Part shown: positions 20,352 to 31,603 of the stretch, in pieces | Numbering within the stretch: position 1 is the stretch's first letter | How the letters are laid out: each line of letters starts with the position of its first letter | Assembly (NCBI GenBank): GCA_965261735.1 | Contig: OZ253470.1 | Span: 1,536,001-1,600,000, forward strand | DNA: 64,000 bases | Source: Alphaproteobacteria bacterium | GTDB taxonomy: Bacteria > Pseudomonadota > Alphaproteobacteria > SHVV01 | Direction of reading: 5' to 3' | Notes under the pieces: model-generated | What the model was told of the DNA's origin: nothing | The model's input: only the letters and a program-made list of their open reading frames with translations | The model's database searches: none | Program-made: the position numbers and the translations under genes

Positions 20352-21464
20352 ATGAGCCTCGCCCTGGAGAGCCCGCCCGCGCCCGATCCGCGCCCCCATC
20401 TCGTCGGCCTCGACCGCGAGGAGCTGGCCGCCGAGGTCGTGCGCGCCGGTGCCCGGCCGGCGATCGCTCGCTTACGCGCGCGCCAGCTGTGGCATTGGCT
20501 CTACCATCGTGGCGTGCGCTCGTTCGCCGACATGACGACCCTGCCCAAGGGTCTGCGCACCCGGCTCTCGGAGTCCTGCACCCTCGAGCGCGCCACGGTA
20601 TCGCGCGAGCAGGTCTCGGCCGATGGCACCCGCAAGTGGCTGCTGCGCCTCGCCGACGGCCAGGAGGTCGAGAGCGTCTACATCCCCGAGACGGACCGCG
20701 GCGCCCTGTGCCTGTCGACCCAGGTCGGCTGCACGCTGACTTGCAGCTTCTGCCACACCGGTACCCAGCGCCTGGTGCGCAACCTGGGCGCCGGCGAGAT
20801 CGTGGCGCAGATACTGCTCGCCCGCGACGCACTCGAAGAGTGGCCGGCGCCGCAGGGCGGGCGCCTGCTGTCCAACATCGTGGTCATGGGCATGGGCGAG
20901 CCGCTCTACAACTACAACAATTTGGCCAAGGCCCTGAAGATCGCCATGGACGGCGACGGCCTGGCGATCTCGCGCCGCCGAATCACGCTATCGACGGCGG
21001 GCGTGGTGCCCATGATCGAGCGCGCCGGCGCCGAGCTCGCTGTCAACCTCGCGGTCTCGCTGCACGCGGTCAGCGACGAGCTGCGCAACCAGCTGGTGCC
21101 GATCAACCGAAAATACCCGATCGCGGAGCTCATGGCGGCGTGCCACGCCTACCCGGCGGCCTCGAACGCGCGCCGCATCACCTTCGAGTACATCCTCCTC
21201 AAGGGGGTCAACGACTCGCCGGCCGAGGCACGGGCGCTGGTGCGCCTCATTCGCGGCATCCCGGCCAAGGTCAACCTGATCCCGTTCAACCCGTGGCCCG
21301 GCGCGCCCTTCGAGACCTCTGACCCGGCTGTCGCGGGCGCCTTCGCCGAGATCATCAATGCGGCCGGCTATGCCGCGCCGCTACGTACGCCGCGCGGGCG
21401 CGACATCATGGCCGCCTGCGGCCAGCTCAAGTCGGCGAGCGTGCGCGCGGCCGGCGCCGGTTGA
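20352..21464 (+). CDS. rlmN: 23S rRNA (adenine2503-C2)-methyltransferase RlmN
   Basis: [14 protein letters not shown] radical-SAM motif, [17 protein letters not shown]. Confidence 0.95.
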   Translation: MSLALESPPAPDPRPHLVGLDREELAAEVVRAGARPAIARLRARQLWHWLYHRGVRSFADMTTLPKGLRTRLSESCTLERATVSREQVSADGTRKWLLRLADGQEVESVYIPETDRGALCLSTQVGCTLTCSFCHTGTQRLVRNLGAGEIVAQILLARDALEEWPAPQGGRLLSNIVVMGMGEPLYNYNNLAKALKIAMDGDGLAISRRRITLSTAGVVPMIERAGAELAVNLAVSLHAVSDELRNQLVPINRKYPIAELMAACHAYPAASNARRITFEYILLKGVNDSPAEARALVRLIRGIPAKVNLIPFNPWPGAPFETSDPAVAGAFAEIINAAGYAAPLRTPRGRDIMAACGQLKSASVRAAGAG

Positions 21465-21973
21465 AGCGCCCGAGCGCAACCGCCGAAGTCCTTCCCGACG
21501 TCCTGGCGCCCGGCCTCAAGGTGGTGTTCTGCGGCTCGGCGGTCGGTGCTAAATCGGCTGCCCTCGGCGCCTATTACGCCGGGCCGGGGAACCGGTTCTG
21601 GCTCACTCTGCACCGCATCGGGCTAACGCCGAGCGTCCTTGATGCGCACGATTATCGCAGCGTGCGCGACTATGGCATCGGCCTCACCGACATGGCCAAG
21701 CACGAGTCGGGGTCCGATGCGATCCTATCGCGGGCGGCCGACGATCCCGCGGCGCTCGCGGCCAAGATCGCGCGCTTCCGGCCCGCCGCACTGGCTTTCA
21801 ACGGCAAGCGCGCCGCAGGCGTGTTTCTCGGTCAGCCGCTCCTCTACGGCGTGCAGCCCGAGCCGGTGGGCGCGACCGCACTGTTCGTGCTCCCCTCCAC
21901 CTCAGGCGCGGCGCGCCGCTTCTGGGACGAGCGGCCCTGGTTCGAGCTTGCCGAATTCGTGCGCCGCGCCTGA
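21461..21973 (+). CDS. mug: Mismatch-specific uracil/thymine DNA glycosylase (MUG family)
   Basis: [30 protein letters not shown]. Confidence 0.8.
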   Translation: MKRPSATAEVLPDVLAPGLKVVFCGSAVGAKSAALGAYYAGPGNRFWLTLHRIGLTPSVLDAHDYRSVRDYGIGLTDMAKHESGSDAILSRAADDPAALAAKIARFRPAALAFNGKRAAGVFLGQPLLYGVQPEPVGATALFVLPSTSGAARRFWDERPWFELAEFVRRA

Positions 21974-22046
21974 GGTGCGCGCCTTGCGGGCGGGCGGCGT
22001 TGACCTATACTGCGCCGCGCTTTCGACCAGGGCAGAGCCGCACGCG

Positions 22047-23261
<1,215 letters not shown>

Positions 23262-23279
23262 TCCGGCGAAGCTCGCGCT

Positions 23280-23431
23280 CCCCCCCCTCCCTACCCTCCC
23301 CCACAAGGGGGAGGGGGGTGTGCGCGGTGTCGCGTCTCGCCTAGCTCTTCTCTCGTTGGCGGAAGAAGCCCCGCGAGATCAAAGCCGTAGCCCCCCTCCA
23401 CCTTGATGGGGGAGGGATGGGGAGGGGGTGA
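23280..23431. repeat. REP/REPIN-like inverted pair, copy 3
   Basis: CCCTCCCCCACAAGGGGGAGGG ... CCCTCCACCTTGATGGGGGAGGGATGGGGAGGGGGTG. Confidence 0.72.
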
Positions 23432-23455
23432 TCCCCGCTGCAACGAGGTAAGGCG

Positions 23456-24541
23456 CTAGTCCGACTTGAACCGACGCCGGAGCGCGAGCAGGAAGAGGGC
23501 GACGAAACTCAGCACAAACAGATTGTAGAGGGCGGATACTACTGCGAGCCAAAGCGGAACCTGAGGTCCGCCCGGAAAGAGTGTCGGCGGTCCCTGCCCA
23601 GCGGCTCGCAGAAAGTCGAATGGACGAAACGTTTGCCGAAGCGCGACCCAGAGGCTCTCCTGTACCGTCTCCCAGTGCGGCACCCAGAGACCCTCGGGTG
23701 CGGCGAGACTAATTAGGACAATCACGAAATAGGCGGCGAGCAACCCAACCAACCATACGAGCGGTCGCCCGATGCTCCGCCCATAGTCGGCGGCATATTC
23801 GTAGAGCCATCAGGCGAGCATCACAATCCGTGGCGTCCCCGGCTGGCGCCGGCGACTTTTTTGTTCGAGGGCGAAGAACATGCCCTGTTCGTCACGGGCG
23901 CGAAGTTGCTCCATCGCGAGCTTGAGGGTGCGGTAAGCTGCTACCGCACCCTCACTCCGCGTATCCGGAAACCCTTTGATGCCGGGAAACTCGGTGCCGT
24001 GATGAAGCTCCGCCCCGTGAAAGTCGGGCGCCTTCTCGAAGATCGCAGGTCGGAAAACTGTTGGATCACCGAATCTTCTGTTCGTAAAGGATACCTGACC
24101 ATCAAAATGAGCATGCGAAAAACCAATCACTCCAAAGTCGTCCTTGCCAGGCCTAGTCCACGAGGCTGCGGAAAAATCGGCGTGATCTCCAAAACTACAT
24201 TCGTCGAAGCTCACTTCGTCCACGAATACAGCACCTTTGAAGTTAGCTCGACGCCCAAATTTCGTCGAGGAGAACCGAGCTTCACGATCGAATGTCGCAC
24301 CCACAAAAAGCGCGTCGTCACCAAAAGCTGCGAACACTGACTTACTCAGGTTCGCTCCATCTCCGAAAACAACGTTGTCGAATTTTACGTAATTACCGAG
24401 CACCAGGAATGCCAGGGTCGCAACAATGTTCACTCGCTGGGTCATGTCATTCTCCGTTGCATGAATAGTTGTATATGCATCGTTATCGGCTTGGAGGGCC
24501 CGCGTGGCGGCCTCCGGTAGGGGACCAGTGTTTGTGTTCAC
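23456..24541 (-). pseudogene. Pentapeptide-repeat protein with C-terminal membrane segments; in-frame TGA, degraded 5' end
   Basis: AxF pentapeptide repeats; reading through TGA 23810-23812 gives WLYEYAADYGRSIGRP and the TM helices of ORF 23456-23752; lower GC than neighbours. Confidence 0.65.
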
Positions 24542-24947
24542 CGGCCCTCACTCCTTACCAGCCTTCATCGTTCGCCTTGCCCTCGCTGCGCACCGGCCTT
24601 CGTCGTTCACCTGCCCTGATTGCGCGCCAGCCCTATTCGAAGCGGCTTACGGTCTGTCATCTGAAGCGATGGTTGGGCTCTCTCGGTTGAAGTCATGATA
24701 GTTGTATATACGCTTATTGGTGCGGTGTTCAAGGCCGCGGGCTCTTCTTTTTGTGGAGATCGTCCGTCCTTCTGTGAGACGCCTGTCTTTGCGTGAGTTC
24801 GCCCTTCTCTTACGCCGATTGCCGGCCTTCGGGCGAGACCGCCCTCCTCTTACGGGATAGCCCGTCCCCCTCGGGGACCGCCGGTCGCGCACCGCCCGTC
24901 GCGCGTTATCCCGCGCCCGCTCCGTCGCGGGCGGTCGCTCAAACTAT

Positions 24948-25253
24948 CTCGCGGACCCGACGGCACCCCCACGTCGCCGCCGCGCCCCTCGGGGCCCGTC
25001 TCGGGCTGTGCTGAGCGCTCGGAACGGCCGCCGCCACGAGCATGCGCAAAAGGCCGCGTGATCGAGCCTATCGGCGACACCGTGTCTGGCCCGGCAGTCC
25101 CTCGCGCAGCTCGCGGACCCGGATGGCACGGCCGCGTCGTCGCCGCGCCATCGGCGCCCGTCTCGGGCTAGTCTGGTCCGCTCGAGACGGGCGTAGCTCA
25201 CGCGACACGCAGAGGGCCGCGTGATCGAGTCTATCGGCGATACGGCGTCCGGC
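24948..25253. repeat. Two degenerate direct repeats, period about 163 bp, each with a hairpin
   Basis: CTCGCGGACCCG...GCCCGTCTCGGGCT...GGCCGCGTGATCGAG(C/T)CTATCGGCGA at 24948-25090 and 25110-25253. Confidence 0.7.
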
Positions 25254-25303
25254 GTACGCGTGCGCGGCGCCGGTGCGAGATTCCACAACGAGGAGAGAGT
25301 TCA

Positions 25304-25696
25304 ATGGAGAAGCAAACGTTTCGCGTCGGTAAGCTTTCCGAGGCCATGGAGCGGGCAGGCGTACCCGTCTCGCCGGTCGTGCGGGCGGGCGATTTCGTCT
25401 TCGTCTCCGGCGTCGCGCCGGTCAACCCCGAGACCGGCAAGGTCGAGATCACGGATATCGCGACCCAGACAACCTATGTGCTCGAGAACGTCAAGGCGTG
25501 CCTGGAGGCGGCCGGCTCCTCGCTCGAGAAGGTGGTGAAGGCCAACGTGCTGATCGCCAACTCGGCCTACTACGGGACCGTCAACGAGATCTATGCCCGC
25601 TACTTCCCCCACGATCCACCGGCGCGCACCGTGGTCTCGGTAGGCTCGTGGCATTCGACGTTCGACATCGAGATCGACTGCATCGCGATCGGCTGA
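25304..25696 (+). CDS. RidA/YjgF family protein
   Basis: FVFVSG, VNEIYARYF, PPART, DIEIDCIA; RBS GAGGAG. Confidence 0.9.
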   Translation: MEKQTFRVGKLSEAMERAGVPVSPVVRAGDFVFVSGVAPVNPETGKVEITDIATQTTYVLENVKACLEAAGSSLEKVVKANVLIANSAYYGTVNEIYARYFPHDPPARTVVSVGSWHSTFDIEIDCIAIG

Positions 25697-25835
25697 GCGT
25701 GCCCGGCGCCGCCCGCTCCGGGCCATGGATCAGGGGAGCCCGCGTCGAAGAACCATGCGCTGGTGTCGCGGCGGGGCCTTGCCCCCTCGCCGCGAGGCTC
25801 GGCCCCGGGCGCGGTGCGGAAGTCACCAGCCCTTG

Positions 25836-26981
25836 CTAGTAGCTGTCCCCGTTCAGGGCTTCCCATACCAGGCGCTGGAAATGGTGGGTACCATGCTCGC
25901 TGCGCCAACTGCGCTCGCGGTCGACCATCAGCCGGCCCTGCACGTAGCCGCGCGCCTTGAGCCCCTTCTGCTGGCTGACCATGGCGGTGATGTCCTCGGC
26001 CATGATGCGGTCGCGGTAGTTGGCGATGTGGCCCAGGTCGGCCGCGTCCGGCGGGTCGTTGAGGCAGAAATTGTCGAGCCGCTGGCGGCTGGTCTCCGGG
26101 CCGGTCGGCCGGGTCGCTTGAATCTTGAAGTTGCTCGCGCCCTGGTGCGCGATGAAGATCAGATTCGGCCACATGTACCAGATGTTGACGTCGGTGATCG
26201 CGCGGCTGCCGAAGTCGTAGGGTAGCTCCTCGTCCTCCAGCCCCTGCCGGCCGCGGATGATGTGCTTCGCCCACAGGCGGTGCTCGTTCGACTCCCAGCT
26301 CATGTCGAGATAGGCGCCCTCGCCCTCGCCCATGATCGTATGCAGCACCGGGCAGTGGTAGCACTCGTTCATGTCGGGAAAGAGCTTCCAGTTGTAGGCG
26401 CCGGGCAGCGGGTCGCTGACCGCAAGCTTGAGCCGGTCGAACGCCGGCACGGTGGCCAGGATGTCATCGGCGAGACCGGGGTACAGATCGGCGATCGGGG
26501 TCGGGTCCGGATCGAGGCTGACGAACACCATGTGCAGCAGGGTATCGACCTGAATCTCCGGCAGGCAGAAGTCGCCGGTATCGAAGCCGGCCACGTTCTC
26601 CGAGTTCCCAGCGGCCTTCAGGTTGCCCTCGAGATCGTAGGTCCAGGCATGGAACGGGCAGGTGATCATGCGCGTATTGCCCTTGCCCTCGAGGAGGATA
26701 TGGCCACGGTGCATGCACACGTTGTAGAAGGCGCGCAAGGCCCCGTCCCTGGCGCGGGTCACGAACACCTTCTGGTCGAGGATATCGGCGGTCAGGAAGT
26801 CGCCGGGGTTGGCGAGGTCGTGGGCGTAGCCGACGAGCTGCCAGCTCCTGAACCAGATCGCCTCCTTCTCGCGCTCGAAGATGGCCGGGTCATAGTAGTA
26901 CGACGCCGGCAGGGTCCCCGACCGCTCCGGATCAGAGGCAAAGCGACTGTGCGGAAGTTGCGCTGCGGGACTCGCGGTCAT
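25836..26981 (-). CDS. Rieske non-heme iron oxygenase alpha subunit (CntA/choline monooxygenase-like)
   Basis: NVCMHRG...CPFHAWTY, NWK, ECYHCPVLH, EDI..VSQQKGL. Confidence 0.88.
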   Translation of the reverse strand: MTASPAAQLPHSRFASDPERSGTLPASYYYDPAIFEREKEAIWFRSWQLVGYAHDLANPGDFLTADILDQKVFVTRARDGALRAFYNVCMHRGHILLEGKGNTRMITCPFHAWTYDLEGNLKAAGNSENVAGFDTGDFCLPEIQVDTLLHMVFVSLDPDPTPIADLYPGLADDILATVPAFDRLKLAVSDPLPGAYNWKLFPDMNECYHCPVLHTIMGEGEGAYLDMSWESNEHRLWAKHIIRGRQGLEDEELPYDFGSRAITDVNIWYMWPNLIFIAHQGASNFKIQATRPTGPETSRQRLDNFCLNDPPDAADLGHIANYRDRIMAEDITAMVSQQKGLKARGYVQGRLMVDRERSWRSEHGTHHFQRLVWEALNGDSY

Positions 26982-27227
26982 GCTGCCCTCAACCTTGTTT
27001 CATTGCGCATTCATTGAGCTAACAATAACCCAGCAGGGTGTGATCCCGCCACACAGACAACCGCGGCGGACCTAACGGCCGTGGGCCCGCCGCGGCCCGT
27101 CCTTCGTAAGCCGGTCTTTCCCCTCGCGATAGCGGGATGCTATTCAGGTGCGTGCCGGCGACGGCGGCGCTGTTGGAACACCCTATGCTGTCCGGACAGG
27201 TCCGGAACAGCGGAGATGAGGAATGGG

Positions 27228-28238
27228 ATGGAATACCGAACGTTAAGCCCGGCTGGCCTCGAGGTGTCGACGATCTGTCTCGGAACGATGATGTTCGGGG
27301 CGCAAACCACGGCGGCAGTGGCGAGCCGAATGTTCGCACGCGCCCGCGACGCCGGGGTGAACTTCATCGACACCGCAGACGCCTATGCCGACGGGGCCTC
27401 CGAGCGCGTCGTTGGCCGCTGCATCAAGCGCGATCGCCACGATTGGGTGCTGGCGACGAAGTTCGGAGCAGGTTTCAAACCTGGGCCGAACCAGCGCGGG
27501 GTTACCCGCAAAAGGCTCATGCAGCAGATCGATTCGAGCCTGGCGAGGCTCGGCACCGACTTCATCGATATCTACTACATACACGTCGACGATCAGGCGA
27601 CGCCCCTTGCCGAAACGATCAGCGCGATGGGCGATGTCATCAGCCAGGGCAAGGCGCGCTACTTCGGGCTCAGCAATTTCCGCGGCTGGCGGATCGCCGA
27701 AGTCGTCCGACTATGCGACGCGCTTGGGGTCGATCGACCGGTCGCGTGCCAGCCGCTCTACAATGCGGTGAGCCGATACGCCGAAGACGAAGTACTGCCG
27801 GCCTGCGCCAACTACGGCCTCGGCGTGGTCGCCTATAGCCCGCTGGCGCGCGGTGTCCTCACCGCCAAATATTCACGGGGCAGAACGGCGACCAAAGGGA
27901 GCCGCGCTGGGCGAAAAGATAGACGGCTTCTGACCACCGAATACCGCGACGAGTCGCTGGCAATTGCCAAGGTTGTCGCCAATCATGCCCAATCGAAGGG
28001 CTTGACCGCCGCGCAGTTCGCGTTCCTATGGGTGCTCAACAACCGTCTGGTCGCATCGGCCATCGCTGGCCCGCGCACTATCGGCCAGTGGGACGAGTAC
28101 CTGAAGGCGCTTCGGCACACATTCGACGCCGATGACGAAGCGCTCATCGACAGCCTAGTGCCGCGCGGTCATAGCTCCACCCCCGGCTACACCGACCCGT
28201 CCTACCCGATTATCGGCCGCCAGCCGATTTCCGGCTAG
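27228..28238 (+). CDS. Aldo/keto reductase
   Basis: LGTMMFG, FIDTADAY, LATK, YSPLARG. Confidence 0.92.
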   Translation: MEYRTLSPAGLEVSTICLGTMMFGAQTTAAVASRMFARARDAGVNFIDTADAYADGASERVVGRCIKRDRHDWVLATKFGAGFKPGPNQRGVTRKRLMQQIDSSLARLGTDFIDIYYIHVDDQATPLAETISAMGDVISQGKARYFGLSNFRGWRIAEVVRLCDALGVDRPVACQPLYNAVSRYAEDEVLPACANYGLGVVAYSPLARGVLTAKYSRGRTATKGSRAGRKDRRLLTTEYRDESLAIAKVVANHAQSKGLTAAQFAFLWVLNNRLVASAIAGPRTIGQWDEYLKALRHTFDADDEALIDSLVPRGHSSTPGYTDPSYPIIGRQPISG

Positions 28239-28388
28239 ACGAGCCCCAACCTCGCCGCGCTCCGGCTGGCGGAATCCCGTCGGCTGATCTATAAGACCGC
28301 GGGGTCGGCCCCGCTCAAATGATCCCGCCCCAACGCCATAACCGGGCTATTCCGGTTGCGTCCTCCGAATCTCGGTGCCTGCGACCCA

Positions 28389-30212
28389 ATGACCGATACA
28401 CCCCTCGGCCTTCGCAATATCGCCATCATTGCCCATGTCGATCATGGCAAGACGACCCTCGTGGACCAACTCCTCAGCCAGTCGGGCACGCTCGGCCGGG
28501 GCGCCGCATCGGCGGTACGGGTCATGGACTCGAACGACCTGGAACGAGAACGCGGCATCACGATTCTTTCGAAGAATACGGCGGTCCGATGGGGTGACAT
28601 CTACATCAATATCGTCGATACGCCGGGCCACGCCGACTTCGGCGGAGAAGTCGAGCGCATCCTGTCGATGGTCGATTCGGTGCTGTTGCTGGTCGATGCG
28701 GTCGAAGGGCCAATGCCCCAAACGCGCTTTGTAACGAGCAAGGCGCTTGCCCAAGGGCTTCGCCCCATCGTCGTGATCAACAAGGTCGACCGTCCCGGCG
28801 CGCGGCCGGGATGGGCGTTGGACGAGACCTTCGATCTATTCGACCGGCTCGACGCAAGCGCCGCACAGCTTGATTTTCCCGTGGTTTATGCCTCGGCGCT
28901 GGAAGGCTGGGCGTCTCTGGAACCCGATCGCCGGGGACCCGACATGACCGCTCTCTTTCGAACGATCGCCGATCATGTGCCGCCGCCCAAGGTTGATCGA
29001 AACGGGCCGTTTCAGCTTCAGGTCAGCGCCCTCGCTTACTCGAGTTATGTCGGCGTCATTGGAATCGGACGCGTACAGCGCGGACGCATCGCGAACAACT
29101 CGGCCGTCACGGTGATCGGCGCCAGCGGTGCGACTCGAACCGAGCGCATCCTGCAAATCTTTGGATTTTACGGACTTGAGCGAATCGAGTGGGACGAAGC
29201 TTGCGCGGGGCAGATCGTCGCCTTCACCGGGCTCGACGAATTGCACATTTCCGACACCGTCTGCGCCCCCGATAGGGTCGAACCCCTTCCTGCCCTCGTG
29301 GTCGATGAACCGACCATCACGATGACGTTTCAGGTGAACGACTCGCCGTTCGCCGGCCGAGAGGGTCGTTTCGTCACCAGCCGTAATTTGGGCGAGCGGC
29401 TCGCGCAAGAGCTCATCCACAATGTCGCGCTGCGGGTCGAGCCGACCGCCGACCCAGACAAGTTCAAGGTTTCCGGCCGGGGCGAGCTGCACCTCGGCAT
29501 TCTCATCGAGACCATGCGCCGCGAGGGGTACGAGCTCGCGATCTCGCGCCCCGAGGTGATTGTGAAAGAAGTCGACGGAAAAATTCTGGAACCGTGGCAG
29601 ACCGTGACTCTCGACATTGAAGACGAGCACCAGGGTGCCGTCATGAGAATGCTGGGCGAGCGCCGCAGCAAGTTGCGCGACATGCGCTCGGACGGCAGGG
29701 GCCGCACGCGACTCGAATATTTGAGCCCGACACGCGGCCTGATCGGATTTCGATCCGAGTTTCTGACGACGACGTCCGGGACGGGCCTCATGTACCACGC
29801 CTTCGATCACTACGGTGCCAGGGTGGAGGCCACTCTCGGTCGCCGCACCAGTGGCGTCCTGGTCTCGATGGCGGGCGGCAAGGCCCTTGCTTTCGCGCTC
29901 TTCAATCTACAGGAGCGGGGGCGCCTTTTCATCTCCCCGGGCGCGGAAGTCTATGAGGGTATGGTGGTGGGCCAGCATGCGCGGACCAACGATCTGGTCG
30001 TGAACCCGACGAAGGCCAAGCAGTTGACCAATATTCGCGCGGCTGGAAGCGACGAGAATATTTTGCTGACGCCGCCGATCCAGACGACCCTCGAATACGC
30101 GCTTGAATTCATCAATGACGATGAACTGGTTGAAGTGACACCGAAGTCCATGCGAATTCGGAAGAAACTTCTGAAAGAGCAGGGGCGCAAGAGGGCACGC
30201 TGGGCGGCCTGA
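28389..30212 (+). CDS. typA: Translational GTPase TypA/BipA
   Basis: [50 protein letters not shown]. Confidence 0.95.
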   Translation: MTDTPLGLRNIAIIAHVDHGKTTLVDQLLSQSGTLGRGAASAVRVMDSNDLERERGITILSKNTAVRWGDIYINIVDTPGHADFGGEVERILSMVDSVLLLVDAVEGPMPQTRFVTSKALAQGLRPIVVINKVDRPGARPGWALDETFDLFDRLDASAAQLDFPVVYASALEGWASLEPDRRGPDMTALFRTIADHVPPPKVDRNGPFQLQVSALAYSSYVGVIGIGRVQRGRIANNSAVTVIGASGATRTERILQIFGFYGLERIEWDEACAGQIVAFTGLDELHISDTVCAPDRVEPLPALVVDEPTITMTFQVNDSPFAGREGRFVTSRNLGERLAQELIHNVALRVEPTADPDKFKVSGRGELHLGILIETMRREGYELAISRPEVIVKEVDGKILEPWQTVTLDIEDEHQGAVMRMLGERRSKLRDMRSDGRGRTRLEYLSPTRGLIGFRSEFLTTTSGTGLMYHAFDHYGARVEATLGRRTSGVLVSMAGGKALAFALFNLQERGRLFISPGAEVYEGMVVGQHARTNDLVVNPTKAKQLTNIRAAGSDENILLTPPIQTTLEYALEFINDDELVEVTPKSMRIRKKLLKEQGRKRARWAA

Positions 30213-30272
30213 TTGCCGTAGGAAGCTTGTCTAGCCTTGTGCGGGCGGGTGCGGCGAGCGCCGCAGCACTAC

Positions 30273-30689
30273 TTAACGCCGTGCCTTGCGCTTCGCGTAT
30301 CGAATATCGCGGGCCGCTTTTTGCTGCGCTTTCAGTTCGATAGCTTGGGCCGCCTGCTCAGCTTCCGCGGCGGCGGCGGCGGCAGCTTGCGCGGCGGCCA
30401 GCCCAGCGGCTTGGCGGGATTCTTCGGCTTCCCGTGCGGCGTTCTCGACCGCCAATCGGGCGTCCTCGGCCGCGCGCGCCGCTTTGCGTTCGGCAATGCG
30501 GGCCTTCCGGGCGACGCTTGTGGCCAAGCGGGCCGCCCGCTGTTCGACGGCGATCGGATCATCGTGCGACGGGCGGGCTCGAAACTTCTCCAGCGCCGCC
30601 TGCTTGGCTTTCGTGGCCGTGTTCAAACGCTCTTTCCAGTCACCGCCTTTGAAGGCGCCTCTGGAATCGTCGCGGGTGGTTCTAGCTAT
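30273..30689 (-). CDS. DUF6481-like alanine-rich protein
   Basis: AKQAALEKFRARP...KAARDIRYAKRKAR; frame is open upstream to ATA 30689 preceded by AGGA. Confidence 0.65.
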   Translation of the reverse strand: MARTTRDDSRGAFKGGDWKERLNTATKAKQAALEKFRARPSHDDPIAVEQRAARLATSVARKARIAERKAARAAEDARLAVENAAREAEESRQAAGLAAAQAAAAAAAEAEQAAQAIELKAQQKAARDIRYAKRKARR

Positions 30690-30897
30690 GAGTGAGTCCT
30701 TTCGCTGGCGGTCGTGCTAGCCCCAAAGAACGGAAGTTGCCGCCAATCTCGATCGTTGGGCGGAACACCAGCCTGACTTCTCGCGCTCGAAGATGGCCAG
30801 ATCATAGCCGTACGATGCGGGCAGCGTCCCCGACCCCTCCGCATCGGCGGGGAAGCTGTGGTGCGGGACTCGCGGTCATCTCACCCTCTGGGAAGTC

Positions 30898-30942
30898 TGG
30901 GGCGGGCGATGGGATTCGAGCCCACGACCCCAACCTTGGCAA
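30898..30942 (-). pseudogene. Degenerate 3' half of tRNA-Gly(GCC), probable att-site remnant
   Basis: TTGCCAAGGTTGGGGTCGTGGGCTCGAATCCCATCGCCCGCCCCA: anticodon loop, T-arm and CCA; 5' half absent. Confidence 0.75.
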
Positions 30943-31243
30943 CCCGGAAACTACGCCGTCGCGGGAACGAGCGCTAGTTCATTGCAGTGCGCCGGAATGC
31001 GCCGGAGGACGCAGTCCCTGGCGTGGTCCAAGCAGTAAGGGGATTTGTGACGGCGTTGATTCTGGTGAAATCTCGTGAACGGCGGTGGAGGCACGCAGCT
31101 GTAACCACCAATGTAACCACCGCCGTTTTTCGGGGGACATGCGCGTTTCGTTTTGAAGGCTGGTCGTACCCCTCAGAGGGTGAAACGGACATCGCGTGGA
31201 ACTCGGCGGATGGCCGCTCGCGACCCTATGCTTGACCGGCGAC

Positions 31244-31272
31244 GTCGCAGGTTCAAATCTTTCCCGCAACCA
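31244..31272 (+). pseudogene. Degenerate 3' fragment of tRNA-fMet, probable att-site remnant
   Basis: GTCGCAGGTTCAAATCTTTCCCGCAACCA resembles the GGTTCAAATCC...CCCGCAACCA end of initiator tRNA. Confidence 0.55.
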
Positions 31273-31320
31273 AAACAAGGCGTGGCGCCTGATCTCGCGC
31301 CGCGACGTTGGGCTCCGCGA

Positions 31321-31603
31321 TTAGGCAACCTCTTCCGTGACAACACTCTCCTCGACGTACGCTTTGAACTCCCCCTGAACGCCCTCAACGGTCTTTCCAA
31401 ATTTAGGGCCGAGCATGAGTTTCTCGATCAATGCGCCGACGGGCCAGTATCGGGTCTGCATGTCGATAAAGGTGGTGGCGCTGGTTCGGTTGGTGCCCAG
31501 ACTTTCGAGCCGCCATCCTCCACTTGCTTCTTTGACAAAAGCCGGTAGTCCTTCGAGTGACAATCTGAAGCTTTCGTTCTCCTTCCACTCGAGAACATTC
31601 TCC
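31321..31603 (-). pseudogene. SRPBCC-like protein, C-terminal half, truncated by IS1595
   Basis: ENVLEWKENESFRLSLEGLPAFVKEASGGWRLE...FKAYVE; frame is open up to the IS end. Confidence 0.55.

Noticed and set aside
23810-23812. Selenocysteine recoding of the in-frame TGA
   Set aside because: No redox motif context or evident SECIS; a nonsense mutation in a decaying gene is simpler.
24948-25253. CRISPR array
   Set aside because: Only two long degenerate units, no short identical repeats with unique spacers, and no cas genes in the window.
30898-31272. Functional tRNA genes
   Set aside because: Only 3' parts are present, with T-arm mutations and no D-arm or 5' acceptor strand.
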